From: an uncultured Eubacteriales bacterium
GTDB lineage: Bacteria; Bacillota; Clostridia; Oscillospirales; UBA644
Direction: 5' to 3'
Assembly: GCA_934501435.1 (NCBI GenBank)
Contig: CAKSTW010000005.1
Location: 134,011 to 198,010, forward strand
DNA length: 64,000 bases
Below the pieces are notes generated by a model. The model did no database searches, had not been told where the DNA came from, and saw only the letters and a program-made list of their open reading frames with translations. A program made the translations under genes and the position numbers. Each line of letters starts with the position of its first letter. The first letter of the stretch is position 1. Positions 36,486-45,108 of this stretch are shown one piece after another.

Positions 36486-37466
36486 ATGAAACGGATTTTT
36501 ATTATTTTATTTACCGTGGTTTTAGCGATTGCTATGATGTTCCCGTCGGCTGCGGCGGGGGCAATAACTCTCACCCTCCAACCGCAGAACGGAACTTTTC
36601 CGGAAAATGCCACGGCTTATTGGAGTGTGGAGGCAACGGGAGAAAACCTGAAATATGATTGGTTTATCCGCTATAAGGGCGTGGATTACAATACTTCTAA
36701 GTCCTTCGCGGAGCAGCACCCATGGCAGGACGGTGTCACCGGAGACGGCTACGGGAGAAACGAAACGGGAAACGGCTTTTTCATTAACGGTATTGGAAAA
36801 GCTCTTGACGGCGCGGAGATTTATTGTGTTGTATCCAACGCCTCCGGAAGTGTGACTTCACAGGCTGCCATTATCACGGTCGGCGGAAAGAAATCCCCGC
36901 CGGATATGACTGTCCCGGCGTCGGCATCGGCGGACAAGGGCGCTGCGCTGCAGCTGACCTGCAAGGCGACGGCTGCCAACGGCGATAAGGTAAAATCCTA
37001 TCTCTGGTATGAAACCGCTACCGGTAAACTGAAAGATATCGTCGCTATCGGCGTCAGAGAGGGACAGCCCGCAAACGGTCCGAGCTTGACCTGCGACACT
37101 TCGACACCCGGAACCAGGTATTACGTCTGTTATGTGGAGACCGCGCTCGGCGGAAGTTCGTATTCCAGCATCATTCCGGTCACTGTGACCGAAAAAGCGC
37201 CGGAGACGCCTCCCGCTCCGGAAAAACCTATCGACGAAAATCCCTCCGGAGAGGTTTCGCCGCCTGCGCCGAAACCCGACGAGACTCCCGGAACACCGGA
37301 TACGACGCCTGACACTTCCGGCACCGTGGACGGTACGCAGAACGGCGAAACGGACAACAAAAACGCAGTGTCGTGGACGGTCGTGTGGATAGCGGCAGCC
37401 GCCGCCGCGGTCGTCAGCGGAGGAGCAGTTGCGGTTCTGTTTATATGCAGGAAAAAGAAACCATAA
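36486..37466 (+). CDS. Secreted Ig-like-domain protein with a Pro/Thr-rich stalk and a C-terminal TM anchor
   Basis: Start at ATG 36486 (RBS aaaggagaaa). Signal peptide MKRIFIILFTVVLAIAMMFPSAAAG. Two Ig-like beta-rich blocks. PETPPAPEKP...TPGTPDTTPDTSGT stalk. WTVVWIAAAAAAVVSGGAVAVLFICRKKKP anchor. Confidence 0.6.
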   Translation: MKRIFIILFTVVLAIAMMFPSAAAGAITLTLQPQNGTFPENATAYWSVEATGENLKYDWFIRYKGVDYNTSKSFAEQHPWQDGVTGDGYGRNETGNGFFINGIGKALDGAEIYCVVSNASGSVTSQAAIITVGGKKSPPDMTVPASASADKGAALQLTCKATAANGDKVKSYLWYETATGKLKDIVAIGVREGQPANGPSLTCDTSTPGTRYYVCYVETALGGSSYSSIIPVTVTEKAPETPPAPEKPIDENPSGEVSPPAPKPDETPGTPDTTPDTSGTVDGTQNGETDNKNAVSWTVVWIAAAAAAVVSGGAVAVLFICRKKKP

Positions 37467-37492
37467 AAATTTTTATAAAGGAGAGAAGACCC

Positions 37493-38062
37493 ATGAGTAT
37501 CTTTGATAAACTGAAAAACACAGCCCAGCAGGCGGTTAATACAGCCGCACAATCCATCGGCAGCAAGAAGGAGACCTTCACTTTCACGTCGTTGCCGGAA
37601 AGTCTGGCTGAGATGCAGAAACTGCCCGAAGCGAGCCTTGATACCCCTTTCAAAACGGCTGCCCTGACGGTTCTTGCCCTCTGTGCTTATGCGGCTGACA
37701 GAAACGTCGGCGCCGAGATGCTGAACTGGCTGCGCGGACCCCGTCCGCTGAACGGACAGGAGATTTCCTTCCTGAATGACCGTTTCCGCGACGGTAAGAC
37801 ATATTTGCCTTTCACCTATTTCTCCGGTTCCACACCGGACAATAACTACACACCTTCCGAGCCGTATACGATTATAGTCGAAAGCAATCATGTATCCTGT
37901 GAGGAACAGGGTTATATGAAACTGTTTATCCCCTGCGGAGGAGCGGACGATCCCCGTCCCATCAAGATGCGTCAGCGTGGATCCGACGGCAAGTGGTTCT
38001 TATGGGAGCAGTACCTGCTGACCGGAGTCCGTACACCGAAATCCGCCGATCCGTGGGCTTGA
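37493..38062 (+). CDS. Hypothetical cytoplasmic protein
   Basis: Start at ATG 37493 (RBS aaggagag). 189 aa with no recognizable motif. Confidence 0.45.
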   Translation: MSIFDKLKNTAQQAVNTAAQSIGSKKETFTFTSLPESLAEMQKLPEASLDTPFKTAALTVLALCAYAADRNVGAEMLNWLRGPRPLNGQEISFLNDRFRDGKTYLPFTYFSGSTPDNNYTPSEPYTIIVESNHVSCEEQGYMKLFIPCGGADDPRPIKMRQRGSDGKWFLWEQYLLTGVRTPKSADPWA

Positions 38063-38089
38063 TGATTTGATGAGAAGGAGGAAACAATA

Positions 38090-38497
38090 ATGGATATTCG
38101 CGGAATTTGGAAAGTCAAAGAGATCCGTGTACCTACACCGGAAGGAGAAAAGGTTTTTTCGCCGGACAATCCGCCGGATGATGAGAGATTTGAGGGCAGC
38201 GCCGAACTGATGAAGTACAGGACGGAATTTGCCGATGACGGTGTTCTGAACACTCTGATGTTCGTTCCGGAGGAGATGCGCGAAGAGGCAGCAAAGCATG
38301 GGGCTGTCGTCCGCGAGGACGGATATGCCGCTTTTGAAAGCACTGTCTGGAAGGAAGAGAACGGAAAGTTCTATTATGACACAAAGATCGAGGGCGAAGT
38401 CCTCGGGGAAAAGGTCGATTCCTTTGCGGAGATTCCCGTCACCGAAGACGGCTGCCTGCTGTACAGCTACGGAATGATCCTTCTTGAAAGAGTCTGA
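38090..38497 (+). CDS. Hypothetical protein
   Basis: 135 aa. RBS agaaggaggaaacaataATG. Confidence 0.5.
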   Translation: MDIRGIWKVKEIRVPTPEGEKVFSPDNPPDDERFEGSAELMKYRTEFADDGVLNTLMFVPEEMREEAAKHGAVVREDGYAAFESTVWKEENGKFYYDTKIEGEVLGEKVDSFAEIPVTEDGCLLYSYGMILLERV

Positions 38498-38526
38498 TCC
38501 GGCTTACGGATACGCGGGGTGATACA

Positions 38527-38868
38527 ATGAATGTTGATAATCCCTATAATCTCGATCTGGAATCAACCGAAACTCAGACCGTGAGTGAGAGCCGCGCCGA
38601 CGAGTCGGTTCTGAAGGAGACTTTCAGTGTATATTTCGGCGGATTGAACTATTTCTTTGCCGCCGAACAGGCTGAACTTACCCTTGCGGACGTAACGGCG
38701 CATATCGGTGTCGATCCTTCGGAATACCGTTACGATGCCGAGAGAGAGGCCCAAATCTATTCATGGTATGCCGCAAAAAAACATACAAGAGTTCTGCATG
38801 TCTGGTTTAAGGACGGCAAACTCTATGCTTGCGGCGCATATAATCTCGGTTTTCCGAAAATGTCTTAG
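38527..38868 (+). CDS. Hypothetical protein
   Basis: 113-aa ORF. Weak RBS ggggtgatacaATG. Confidence 0.4.
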   Translation: MNVDNPYNLDLESTETQTVSESRADESVLKETFSVYFGGLNYFFAAEQAELTLADVTAHIGVDPSEYRYDAEREAQIYSWYAAKKHTRVLHVWFKDGKLYACGAYNLGFPKMS

Positions 38869-38951
38869 TTTATGCGTGAGAGGCTTGCTTCGGCAGGCTT
38901 CTTTCCGAAAGGCACCGCGCGGGTTACGGCGCCCTTCGGAAAGGAAAATAA

Positions 38952-40328
38952 ATGAAAAAGTTTTTTTTATGCATTATATTGTTAGTAATGTGCCTTTCCG
39001 CATGCTCATCAAAACAAGGTAACGTTAACAAAAATGACAGTGAGTATTACGGAGGCGATCCGATGGATGTTAAAAGTTTTAAGCTGGTACAGACCGATAT
39101 GTCGTCACAGCGATATGTCTACGAGGGATATAAAACGGAGAACGGCGTTCATTTGGAGTATTACATAAGCACGAACGAGTGGGATGATACGGTTTCGGAT
39201 TATGCAGAATGCCGTGATATCGTCCGCGAAATTGACGGAGACGAAAATCTTTTTCAAAAACTGTGCGAGTTGTTCGGTAATTGCAGAGTAGGAGAATGGG
39301 CAGGCTTTCACGGTTACAATTCGCAGGTTCTTGACGGAAGCAGTATAAGTTTTAATGCCGTACTGACGGACGGCAGAGAGGTTAATGCCGACGGAAACAA
39401 CAGTTTTCCGAAGAATTATACAACGTTTACACGGGAACTTAATAAACTTATAACGTCGGAAAAAATAAGCAAGACCGTATTTACCGACGGAACGTATGAG
39501 GTTACGCTGCCGGAAAGTTGGGTGGGCACGGTCTCTGCAAGCTTTTCAAAAGACTTTGTGGCATTTTATGTTGATAAAACCGACGGTGGAGAACTTACCT
39601 TTTTTATAATAGATAACGATAAAAACGGTTATTCATCGGATTCCTATAAGGGAAGAATAGAAGCCGGGCGGCTTATTTCGGGCGAAGATGTCAGATTTAT
39701 TACGGCGCGCGACAATTATTCGATAGCTTCGTATGCGAAAAGCGTCTCCGAGGAGGCTGCTGCGATTTGGGATAATTATGAAAACGATAAACGTGCCGTA
39801 ATTGAAAGTCTGCGCGGTGTAAACGGCTATGAGTTTTTCCCTGAAGACGGAAATATTCTGTACTACGCAGATGCGAGGGCGATGGCAGATGAAGCGAGAA
39901 GCCTTTGGCTGAGTTTGAATTTTGCGGGCGAGTATCCGGGAAGTGCAAAGCCGGTTCGGTTCAGACGGCGGAATTATCTGCCCATGTTTCCCGCGTATGA
40001 TTATACCGATACTGTCGAAAAGGTCCGCAAAAAATTCTTAAATGTCTTTTCGGAGGAATTTACGGACAGAACACTTAAGCGTGCCGTTGCCGACAGGGAA
40101 CTGATCGAACACAAAGGCGATGTCTGTGTGCTTTGTAAGAAATATAAGGGTAAACCTTCGTACAATAATTGGGTGGACAGCGTCCGGGAGGACGGCGACG
40201 GGAAATTTACGGTCGTTGTCGCAGTAAGAATACCTCCGGACGGCGATACGATTTATGTCGACCTTCCGACAGAGAAAAATGCCGCGGGGAAGTTTGTGTT
40301 TACGGATTATCCGTACTGGGATATATAA
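38952..40328 (+). CDS. Lipoprotein of unknown function
   Basis: MKKFFLCIILLVMCLSACSSKQG lipobox. 458 aa. Noticeably lower GC than neighbouring genes. Confidence 0.6.
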   Translation: MKKFFLCIILLVMCLSACSSKQGNVNKNDSEYYGGDPMDVKSFKLVQTDMSSQRYVYEGYKTENGVHLEYYISTNEWDDTVSDYAECRDIVREIDGDENLFQKLCELFGNCRVGEWAGFHGYNSQVLDGSSISFNAVLTDGREVNADGNNSFPKNYTTFTRELNKLITSEKISKTVFTDGTYEVTLPESWVGTVSASFSKDFVAFYVDKTDGGELTFFIIDNDKNGYSSDSYKGRIEAGRLISGEDVRFITARDNYSIASYAKSVSEEAAAIWDNYENDKRAVIESLRGVNGYEFFPEDGNILYYADARAMADEARSLWLSLNFAGEYPGSAKPVRFRRRNYLPMFPAYDYTDTVEKVRKKFLNVFSEEFTDRTLKRAVADRELIEHKGDVCVLCKKYKGKPSYNNWVDSVREDGDGKFTVVVAVRIPPDGDTIYVDLPTEKNAAGKFVFTDYPYWDI

Positions 40329-40374
40329 AAAAAGATTTGCTCACCTGCTGATTTATAAGAGGTTCTTCTTCCTC

Positions 40375-40403
40375 TTGACATTCTTTCCGGCTGTGGATAT
40401 AAT
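40375..40403 (+). promoter_or_regulatory. Strong sigma-70-like promoter (-35 TTGACA, 17-nt spacer, -10 TATAAT) heading an about 255-nt leader that ends in a hairpin at roughly 40600-40640
   Basis: TTGACAttctttccggctgtggaTATAAT. Leader hairpin caaggcatcggt...accggtgccttg, then cggcatttta, just upstream of the RBS of the 40660 gene. Confidence 0.5.
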
Positions 40404-40659
40404 ATAGTCGGAGAGGATATACAACCGAGGTCCGGATAAATGCGTTTCATTTGTTGAAGCGGCGGAATACCGGAGCCTTTCATGACTTATGCGCGGGACG
40501 GGCGGTAAGTACGGAGCAAAAAAATAAAAGATGACGGTAAAACATTCATATAGTAGGCAAAGTCGATCGGCGAAGCCCACGAGCAGATAAAAGAAAACAA
40601 GGCATCGGTTTTGCACGGCAAGACCGGTGCCTTGCGGCATTTTACAGGAGGTGCGACAA

Positions 40660-41280
40660 GTGAAGAAGATCATCACAGTAGGACGTGAGTTCGGAAGCGG
40701 CGGCCGTGAACTCGGTCGAAGGATCGCGGAGATCCTGCAAATCGCATATTACGATCATGAAATCGTCACGGAGATTTCCGCGAGGACAAAACTTTCCGAG
40801 GAATATGTGGAACGCATCACCGAGGACCGTCCGCATATAACCTATCCCATTCATACCGGCACGAGTTTTCATACGGCATATTATTATACGGAGTTTGACA
40901 GGTGTCTTACGGTGTTTGCCGAGCAGCATAACATTATTAAGGAATTGGCGGAAAGATCCGACTGCGTTATCGTCGGGAGATGCGCCGATTATATTCTGAA
41001 GGAAAAAGCCCCTTTTCGTATTTTTGTATATGCCGATACCGAAAGCAAACTGAAACGCTGTCGGGACAGAAGCCCGGACGACGAAAATATGTCCGATTCC
41101 AAAATGAAAAGAAACATACTTTCCATTGATAAGGGAAGAGCGAGATATTACAACTATTTCAGCCGGCAAAAATGGGGTGATCGCGAAAACTACGATCTGC
41201 TTATCAACACGTCGGGAAAAGATATCAGGCAAATTTCCGAAGCGACAGCCGAGTATCTGAAAAGTTATCTGTTTGAGTGA
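40660..41280 (+). CDS. Cytidylate kinase-like family P-loop protein
   Basis: GTG start 40660 with RBS aggaggtg. VKKIITVGREFGSGGRELGRRIAEILQIAYYDHEI.. matches the cytidylate-kinase-like family (IITIGREFGSGG). Confidence 0.65.
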   Translation: MKKIITVGREFGSGGRELGRRIAEILQIAYYDHEIVTEISARTKLSEEYVERITEDRPHITYPIHTGTSFHTAYYYTEFDRCLTVFAEQHNIIKELAERSDCVIVGRCADYILKEKAPFRIFVYADTESKLKRCRDRSPDDENMSDSKMKRNILSIDKGRARYYNYFSRQKWGDRENYDLLINTSGKDIRQISEATAEYLKSYLFE

Positions 41281-41313
41281 CGGATATTCAGGCATGAATT
41301 GGAGGAAACTGCG

Positions 41314-42564
41314 ATGAAAACAAAACGATGTGCGGCTGTTATTCTGTGCCTGTCTTTTATTGCGGCAGGACTTCTGGGCTTTTCGGGCTGTGGGGCAAAA
41401 ATTCAGGCAGAGAACCTTATGGAGGGCTTTACGGCAAAGACGGTTTCAGGCAATGCTGCGGATGACGCTTTCATAAACAGCACCGCGGACTTTGCGATCA
41501 AACTTTTTCAAAAAACGCGCGATACCGAAAAAAACAGTCTTATTTCTCCTCTGTCGGTCATGCTGGCGCTCTCGATGACGGCAAACGGGGCGAAGGGGGA
41601 AACCCTTGCTCAAATGGAAAATCTTCTCGGCGGAGATATTCCCATGGAAACGCTCAACGAATATATCTATTCCTATATTAAGGCGCTGCCCTCAGAAAAA
41701 ACGGCAAAACTGAATATCGCAAATTCCATATGGTTCAGGGACAACGCTTTTACGGCGGAAAACTCTTTTTTGCAGAAGAACGCGGATTATTACGGCGCGG
41801 CGGCATACAAATCGGCGTTTGACGGCGAAACGCTGCGCGATATCAACAACTGGGTAAAAAACAACACCGACGGCATGATAGACAAAATTATAGACAAATT
41901 TGACACGGATGCCGTGATGTATCTTATCAACACCGTTCTGTTTGACGCCGAGTGGGAGAGTATCTACAAAAAGAACGAGGTCGGAGACGGCGTCTTTACG
42001 GCGCTGAACGGTTCAAAGAGAACTGTTTCTATGATGTATTCGGACGAACACAGTTATCTTGACGACGGCAGGGCGACGGGATTTATCAAACCGTATAAGA
42101 ACGGGTACTGTTTTGTTGCTTTGCTGCCGAACGACGGCGTCTCGCTTAACGACTATGTTGCCTCCATGACCGGAAAGTCCTTTGTCGACACAATCAAAAA
42201 CGCCTTGGATGTCCCCGTTGAAACGGCAATACCGAAGTTTTCCTACGATTACGATATTGAAATGAGCGGCGCGCTGAAAGCACTCGGTATGAACCTGCCG
42301 TTTGATTCGGAAAAAGCGGATTTCTCGGGGCTCGGTCTTTCCGACAACGGCAATATTTTTATCAGCCGCGTGCTCCACAAGGCTTACATCTCCGTTGATG
42401 AAAAAGGCACGAAGGCAGGCGCGGCGACCGTTGTTGAAACAAAGGATGCAGCCGTTATTGACGGAATTTACAGAGTGACGCTTGACCACCCGTTCATCTA
42501 TGCCGTTACAGACGCCGACGGACTGCCGATATTTATCGGCGCGGTCACGGATATCGGAAAGTAA
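41314..42564 (+). CDS. Serpin (serine protease inhibitor) lipoprotein
   Basis: Start at ATG 41314 (RBS ggaggaaactgcg). Lipobox LLGFSGCG. Serpin core motifs (LISPLSVMLALSMTANGAKGET, NTVLFDAEWESIYKK, hinge/RCL EKGTKAGAATVVETKDAAVI, C-terminus LDHPFIYAVTDADGLPIFIGAVTD). Confidence 0.85.
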   Translation: MKTKRCAAVILCLSFIAAGLLGFSGCGAKIQAENLMEGFTAKTVSGNAADDAFINSTADFAIKLFQKTRDTEKNSLISPLSVMLALSMTANGAKGETLAQMENLLGGDIPMETLNEYIYSYIKALPSEKTAKLNIANSIWFRDNAFTAENSFLQKNADYYGAAAYKSAFDGETLRDINNWVKNNTDGMIDKIIDKFDTDAVMYLINTVLFDAEWESIYKKNEVGDGVFTALNGSKRTVSMMYSDEHSYLDDGRATGFIKPYKNGYCFVALLPNDGVSLNDYVASMTGKSFVDTIKNALDVPVETAIPKFSYDYDIEMSGALKALGMNLPFDSEKADFSGLGLSDNGNIFISRVLHKAYISVDEKGTKAGAATVVETKDAAVIDGIYRVTLDHPFIYAVTDADGLPIFIGAVTDIGK

Positions 42565-42671
42565 TGCGTAACGAAAACAGAAAAAGCGTCTGCGAAGAGA
42601 AAAACACCGTGCCGACGTTTCTTTGTGAGGGGCTCGGATAAAGCCCCTTCGGAAATATCTGCAAAAAATAG

Positions 42672-42715
42672 AACGCCCTCGGAAACCGTAAGTCACGGGA
42701 TCCGAAGGCGTTTTT
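42672..42715. terminator. Bidirectional intrinsic terminator between the convergent serpin and alarmone-synthetase genes
   Basis: aacgccctcgga...tccgaaggcgtt stem flanked by an A-run upstream and a T-run downstream on the + strand. Confidence 0.7.
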
Positions 42716-42726
42716 CTTCTGTTGGT

Positions 42727-43371
42727 TTATTCGGTTTTTTGTGCCGCTTTGATCCTGCGGTACATATCCTGCATCTGCCGATCGATTTCCGCTATCTTTT
42801 CGGCGCAGGCGAACATTTCCTCGTTAATACCCTCAGGCAGTTTTGTTTTGTCCACTTTATATCGGATATCATGTTCAAGACTTGCCCAGAAATCCATGGC
42901 GATCGTGCGCAGCTGGATCTCCGCCACGACGTACTCCGTTCGGTCGGAAAGATAGACCGGAATACGGGTATCCAGATGCAGAGAACGGTACCCGTTGTAA
43001 TTCGGCTCCCTGATATAATCCTGCTTTTTGAGGATCTCAACATCTTTCTGCCGTTCGAATATCTCGGCGACGCGGTATACGTCGTCTATATAGTTGCAAA
43101 CGACGCGCACTCCGGCAATGTCGTTGATATTCTCCTTTGCAGAGGCAATGGTAAAAGGCATGCCTTTCTTTGCGAGCTTTGCCAAGATGCTCTGCGCGGA
43201 CTTTACGCGGCTTTCGATGTGATGAATGGGGTTGCGTGAATACTGTATATTAAACTCGCTGTTAAGTACTTCAAATTTCAGAGCCAACTGTTTTACGGCT
43301 GACTCATAAAGGTTACGCATAACAAGAAAATCCTGCGTATTTTCAAAGGGGAGGGTTTGTGTTTTATCCAT
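42727..43371 (-). CDS. Small alarmone synthetase (RelA/SpoT-domain GTP pyrophosphokinase, RelQ/RelP-like)
   Basis: 214 aa with RelA_SpoT nucleotidyltransferase motifs (DIAGVRVVCNYIDDVYRV, YRSLHLDTRIPV, EIQLRTIAMDFWASLEHDIRYK). Confidence 0.85.
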   Translation of the reverse strand: MDKTQTLPFENTQDFLVMRNLYESAVKQLALKFEVLNSEFNIQYSRNPIHHIESRVKSAQSILAKLAKKGMPFTIASAKENINDIAGVRVVCNYIDDVYRVAEIFERQKDVEILKKQDYIREPNYNGYRSLHLDTRIPVYLSDRTEYVVAEIQLRTIAMDFWASLEHDIRYKVDKTKLPEGINEEMFACAEKIAEIDRQMQDMYRRIKAAQKTE

Positions 43372-43400
43372 ATAAGAACCTTCCGATCTATATTACTTTA

Positions 43401-43446
43401 TTCTTAAAAACAGGACTTACAGTGCCGCGGTGCTGTAAGTCCTGTT
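43401..43446 (-). terminator. Intrinsic terminator downstream of hup
   Basis: Minus-sense aaacaggacttacag...ctgtaagtcctgttt stem followed by a T-run. Confidence 0.7.
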
Positions 43447-43451
43447 TCGGG

Positions 43452-43727
43452 TTACTTTTTCAGTGCATCCTTAAACGTCCTGCCTGCCCTGAAAGTCGGG
43501 ACGACAGAAGCAGGTATGCCGATCGCGGCGCCTGTGGCGGGATTGTGTCCCGTGCGGGCAGCCATCTTTCTCGATCCGAATGTGCCGAAGCCCATAAATC
43601 GGACAGCGTCGCCTTTCGCGACAGTGTCGGTGATTGCGGCAAGCAGAGAGTCGATAACTGCGGCGGTATCCTTTTTGGATACGCCTGCGCTTGCGGAAAC
43701 CGCATCAACGATTTCTTTTTTTGTCAT
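43452..43727 (-). CDS. hup: HU family DNA-binding protein
   Basis: MTKKEIVDAVSASAGVSKKDTAAVIDSLLAAITDTVAKGDAVRFMGFGTFGSRKMAARTGHNPATGAAIGIPASVVPTFRAGRTFKDALKK. Confidence 0.9.
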   Translation of the reverse strand: MTKKEIVDAVSASAGVSKKDTAAVIDSLLAAITDTVAKGDAVRFMGFGTFGSRKMAARTGHNPATGAAIGIPASVVPTFRAGRTFKDALKK

Positions 43728-43905
43728 TTTACCTGCTCTCCTTTCCCGTATTTAACCGATATTGCCGTAATACCGTATCGGACACCGGATCCCCATAACA
43801 TTATTATATCATAAAATATGCAGAGCGGTCAATAGATACGAAACAGAAAATAAAAATTTGTATATAAGCACAAAAACGAACGGCGGAATTTGTATATTCT
43901 GCCCA

Positions 43906-43934
43906 TTGATTTTTGAGGGAAAATATGCTATTAT
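43906..43934 (+). promoter_or_regulatory. Sigma-70-like promoter (-35 TTGATT, 17-nt spacer, -10 TATTAT) of an orphan transcription unit
   Basis: Read directly. No protein-coding gene follows on this strand. Confidence 0.5.
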
Positions 43935-43940
43935 ATAGAT

Positions 43941-44232
43941 GCAAGGAGGAAGAGGTGATACCAGTGACCTGAGTACTCGCTCCCTTATATAAATATAAAA
44001 GGGAGAAACGCATCGGCACCGAAAAAACACGTTATAACGCCTGAGAGTTTGGCCGCTTCAGTAGGCAAGTCCATCGCACTGCGGTGTTTATATAGAGGGG
44101 CGTAGTTCCGCGGATACAACAGGGTGCCATCAAACAAGGAAAGAGAGGTATATAAAATGATGTTAGATATCAAGAGCGAAGGATAGCCCTTGATTGCTGA
44201 GATGTAAGGCAATCAGGGGCTGTCTTTTTTTT
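43941..44232 (+). ncRNA. Candidate about 290-nt small RNA of unidentified class, with an embedded 9-codon ORF (MMLDIKSEG) whose stop codon abuts the terminator stem
   Basis: Promoter at 43906-43934. Strong terminator gcccttgattgc...gcaatcaggggc plus T9 at 44186-44232. Mini-ORF 44157-44186 is preceded by RBS aaggaaagagagg. No CDS downstream before the minus-strand tRNAs. Confidence 0.4.
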
Positions 44233-44672
44233 ATGTGCGGTATGAAAACCGAACCGTAACGGAAAAACTGTTCTTAAAGAATTTTTCGGAAGAAGCAGCT
44301 GAACAGACGATAACCCCCGACTCTTTTATCGGCGGTAAATATCCGAATTTATTTATAAATTAAAAGGCGGCGGGCGCAAGCGGTTTTTTTACGGTACGGA
44401 ATTTTTTGAATAAAGACAAAGGAATCGCTGCCGTATTTACAAGGTCTCTGCGAAAGTCAGGACGGAAATCCGCCTGTCAGATTTGATTTTTCTCTGTCAG
44501 ACCGAACTGCCGTACTGTGGAAAATATTTTTGAAAAGCGCTCGGATCTCTTGATTTTTATATTCTTTTGCGACATATCGGCTCCCGACAGGAAAATACAG
44601 CTGACCAAAACCGTTTTATCAGACAGTTTCAGGAGCGTTTCGCGGGACTGTCACACCCCAAAAAAACAATTA

Positions 44673-44755
44673 TCAGCCCACAGCCCAACTATTATCAGCC
44701 CACAGCCCAACTATTATCAGCCCCCAGCCAAACTATTATCAGCCCCCAGCCCTCC
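44673..44755 (+). repeat. Tandem repeat, about 3.5 copies of a 22-bp unit (ATTATCAGCCCACAGCCCAACT)
   Basis: attatcagcccacagcccaact twice, then attatcagcccccagccaaact, then attatcagcccccagccctccg. Confidence 0.8.
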
Positions 44756-44811
44756 GAAGGAGGGTATTTTCATTCATATACCTGCTCAAAATTTCTGAAA
44801 AGTTTTGCAAA

Positions 44812-44850
44812 GAAAAATCGGCAAATCTCATCAGAGATTTGCCGATTTTT
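44812..44850 (-). terminator. Terminator of the minus-strand tRNA pair (perfect 13-bp stem, bidirectional)
   Basis: atcggcaaatctc-atca-gagatttgccgat flanked by A5 and T4 runs. Confidence 0.8.
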
Positions 44851-44924
44851 GGTGACCCGTAGGGGAATCGAACCCCTGTTACAGCCGTGAAAGGGCCGTG
44901 TCTTAACCGCTTGACCAACGGGCC
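44850..44924 (-). tRNA. tRNA-Glu (anticodon TTC)
   Basis: Reverse complement GGCCCGTTGGTCAAGCGGTTAAGAC...CCTTTCACGG...GGTTCGATTCCCC...GGGTCACCA. Confidence 0.9.
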
Positions 44925-45001
44925 TGGTAGCGGAAGTCGGATTTGAACCAACGACCATTCGGGTATGAACCGAGCGCTCTAGCCAACTGAGCTATTCCGC
45001 C
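44925..45001 (-). tRNA. tRNA-Met (anticodon CAT, elongator type)
   Basis: Reverse complement GGCGGAATAGCTCAGTTGGCTAGAGCGCTCGGTTCATACCCGA...GGTTCAAATCC...CGCTACCA. The GGTTCATACCCG anticodon-stem context is typical of elongator Met, not of initiator or Ile2. Confidence 0.85.
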
Positions 45002-45031
45002 ATAGTGACGCGCTCACCGAAGCGCTATATA

Positions 45032-45060
45032 ATTATACCGAATTTTTGTGTTAATGTCAA
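45032..45060 (-). promoter_or_regulatory. Consensus promoter of the tRNA-Met/Glu pair (-35 TTGACA, 17-nt spacer, -10 TATAAT on the minus strand)
   Basis: Minus-sense TTGACAttaacacaaaaattcggTATAAT about 30 nt upstream of tRNA-Met. Confidence 0.7.
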
Positions 45061-45108
45061 TATGAATTTGTTACAAAACGTTGTTTTTTTTGTAACGAAG
45101 CGGCAACA

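Noticed and set aside
43941-44232. T-box leader, SRP RNA or tmRNA identity for the orphan RNA
   Set aside because: No T-box AGGGUGGNACCGCG motif, no SRP domain-IV GGAAGCAGCC-type motif, no tRNA-like ends or tag ORF. Class left unassigned.
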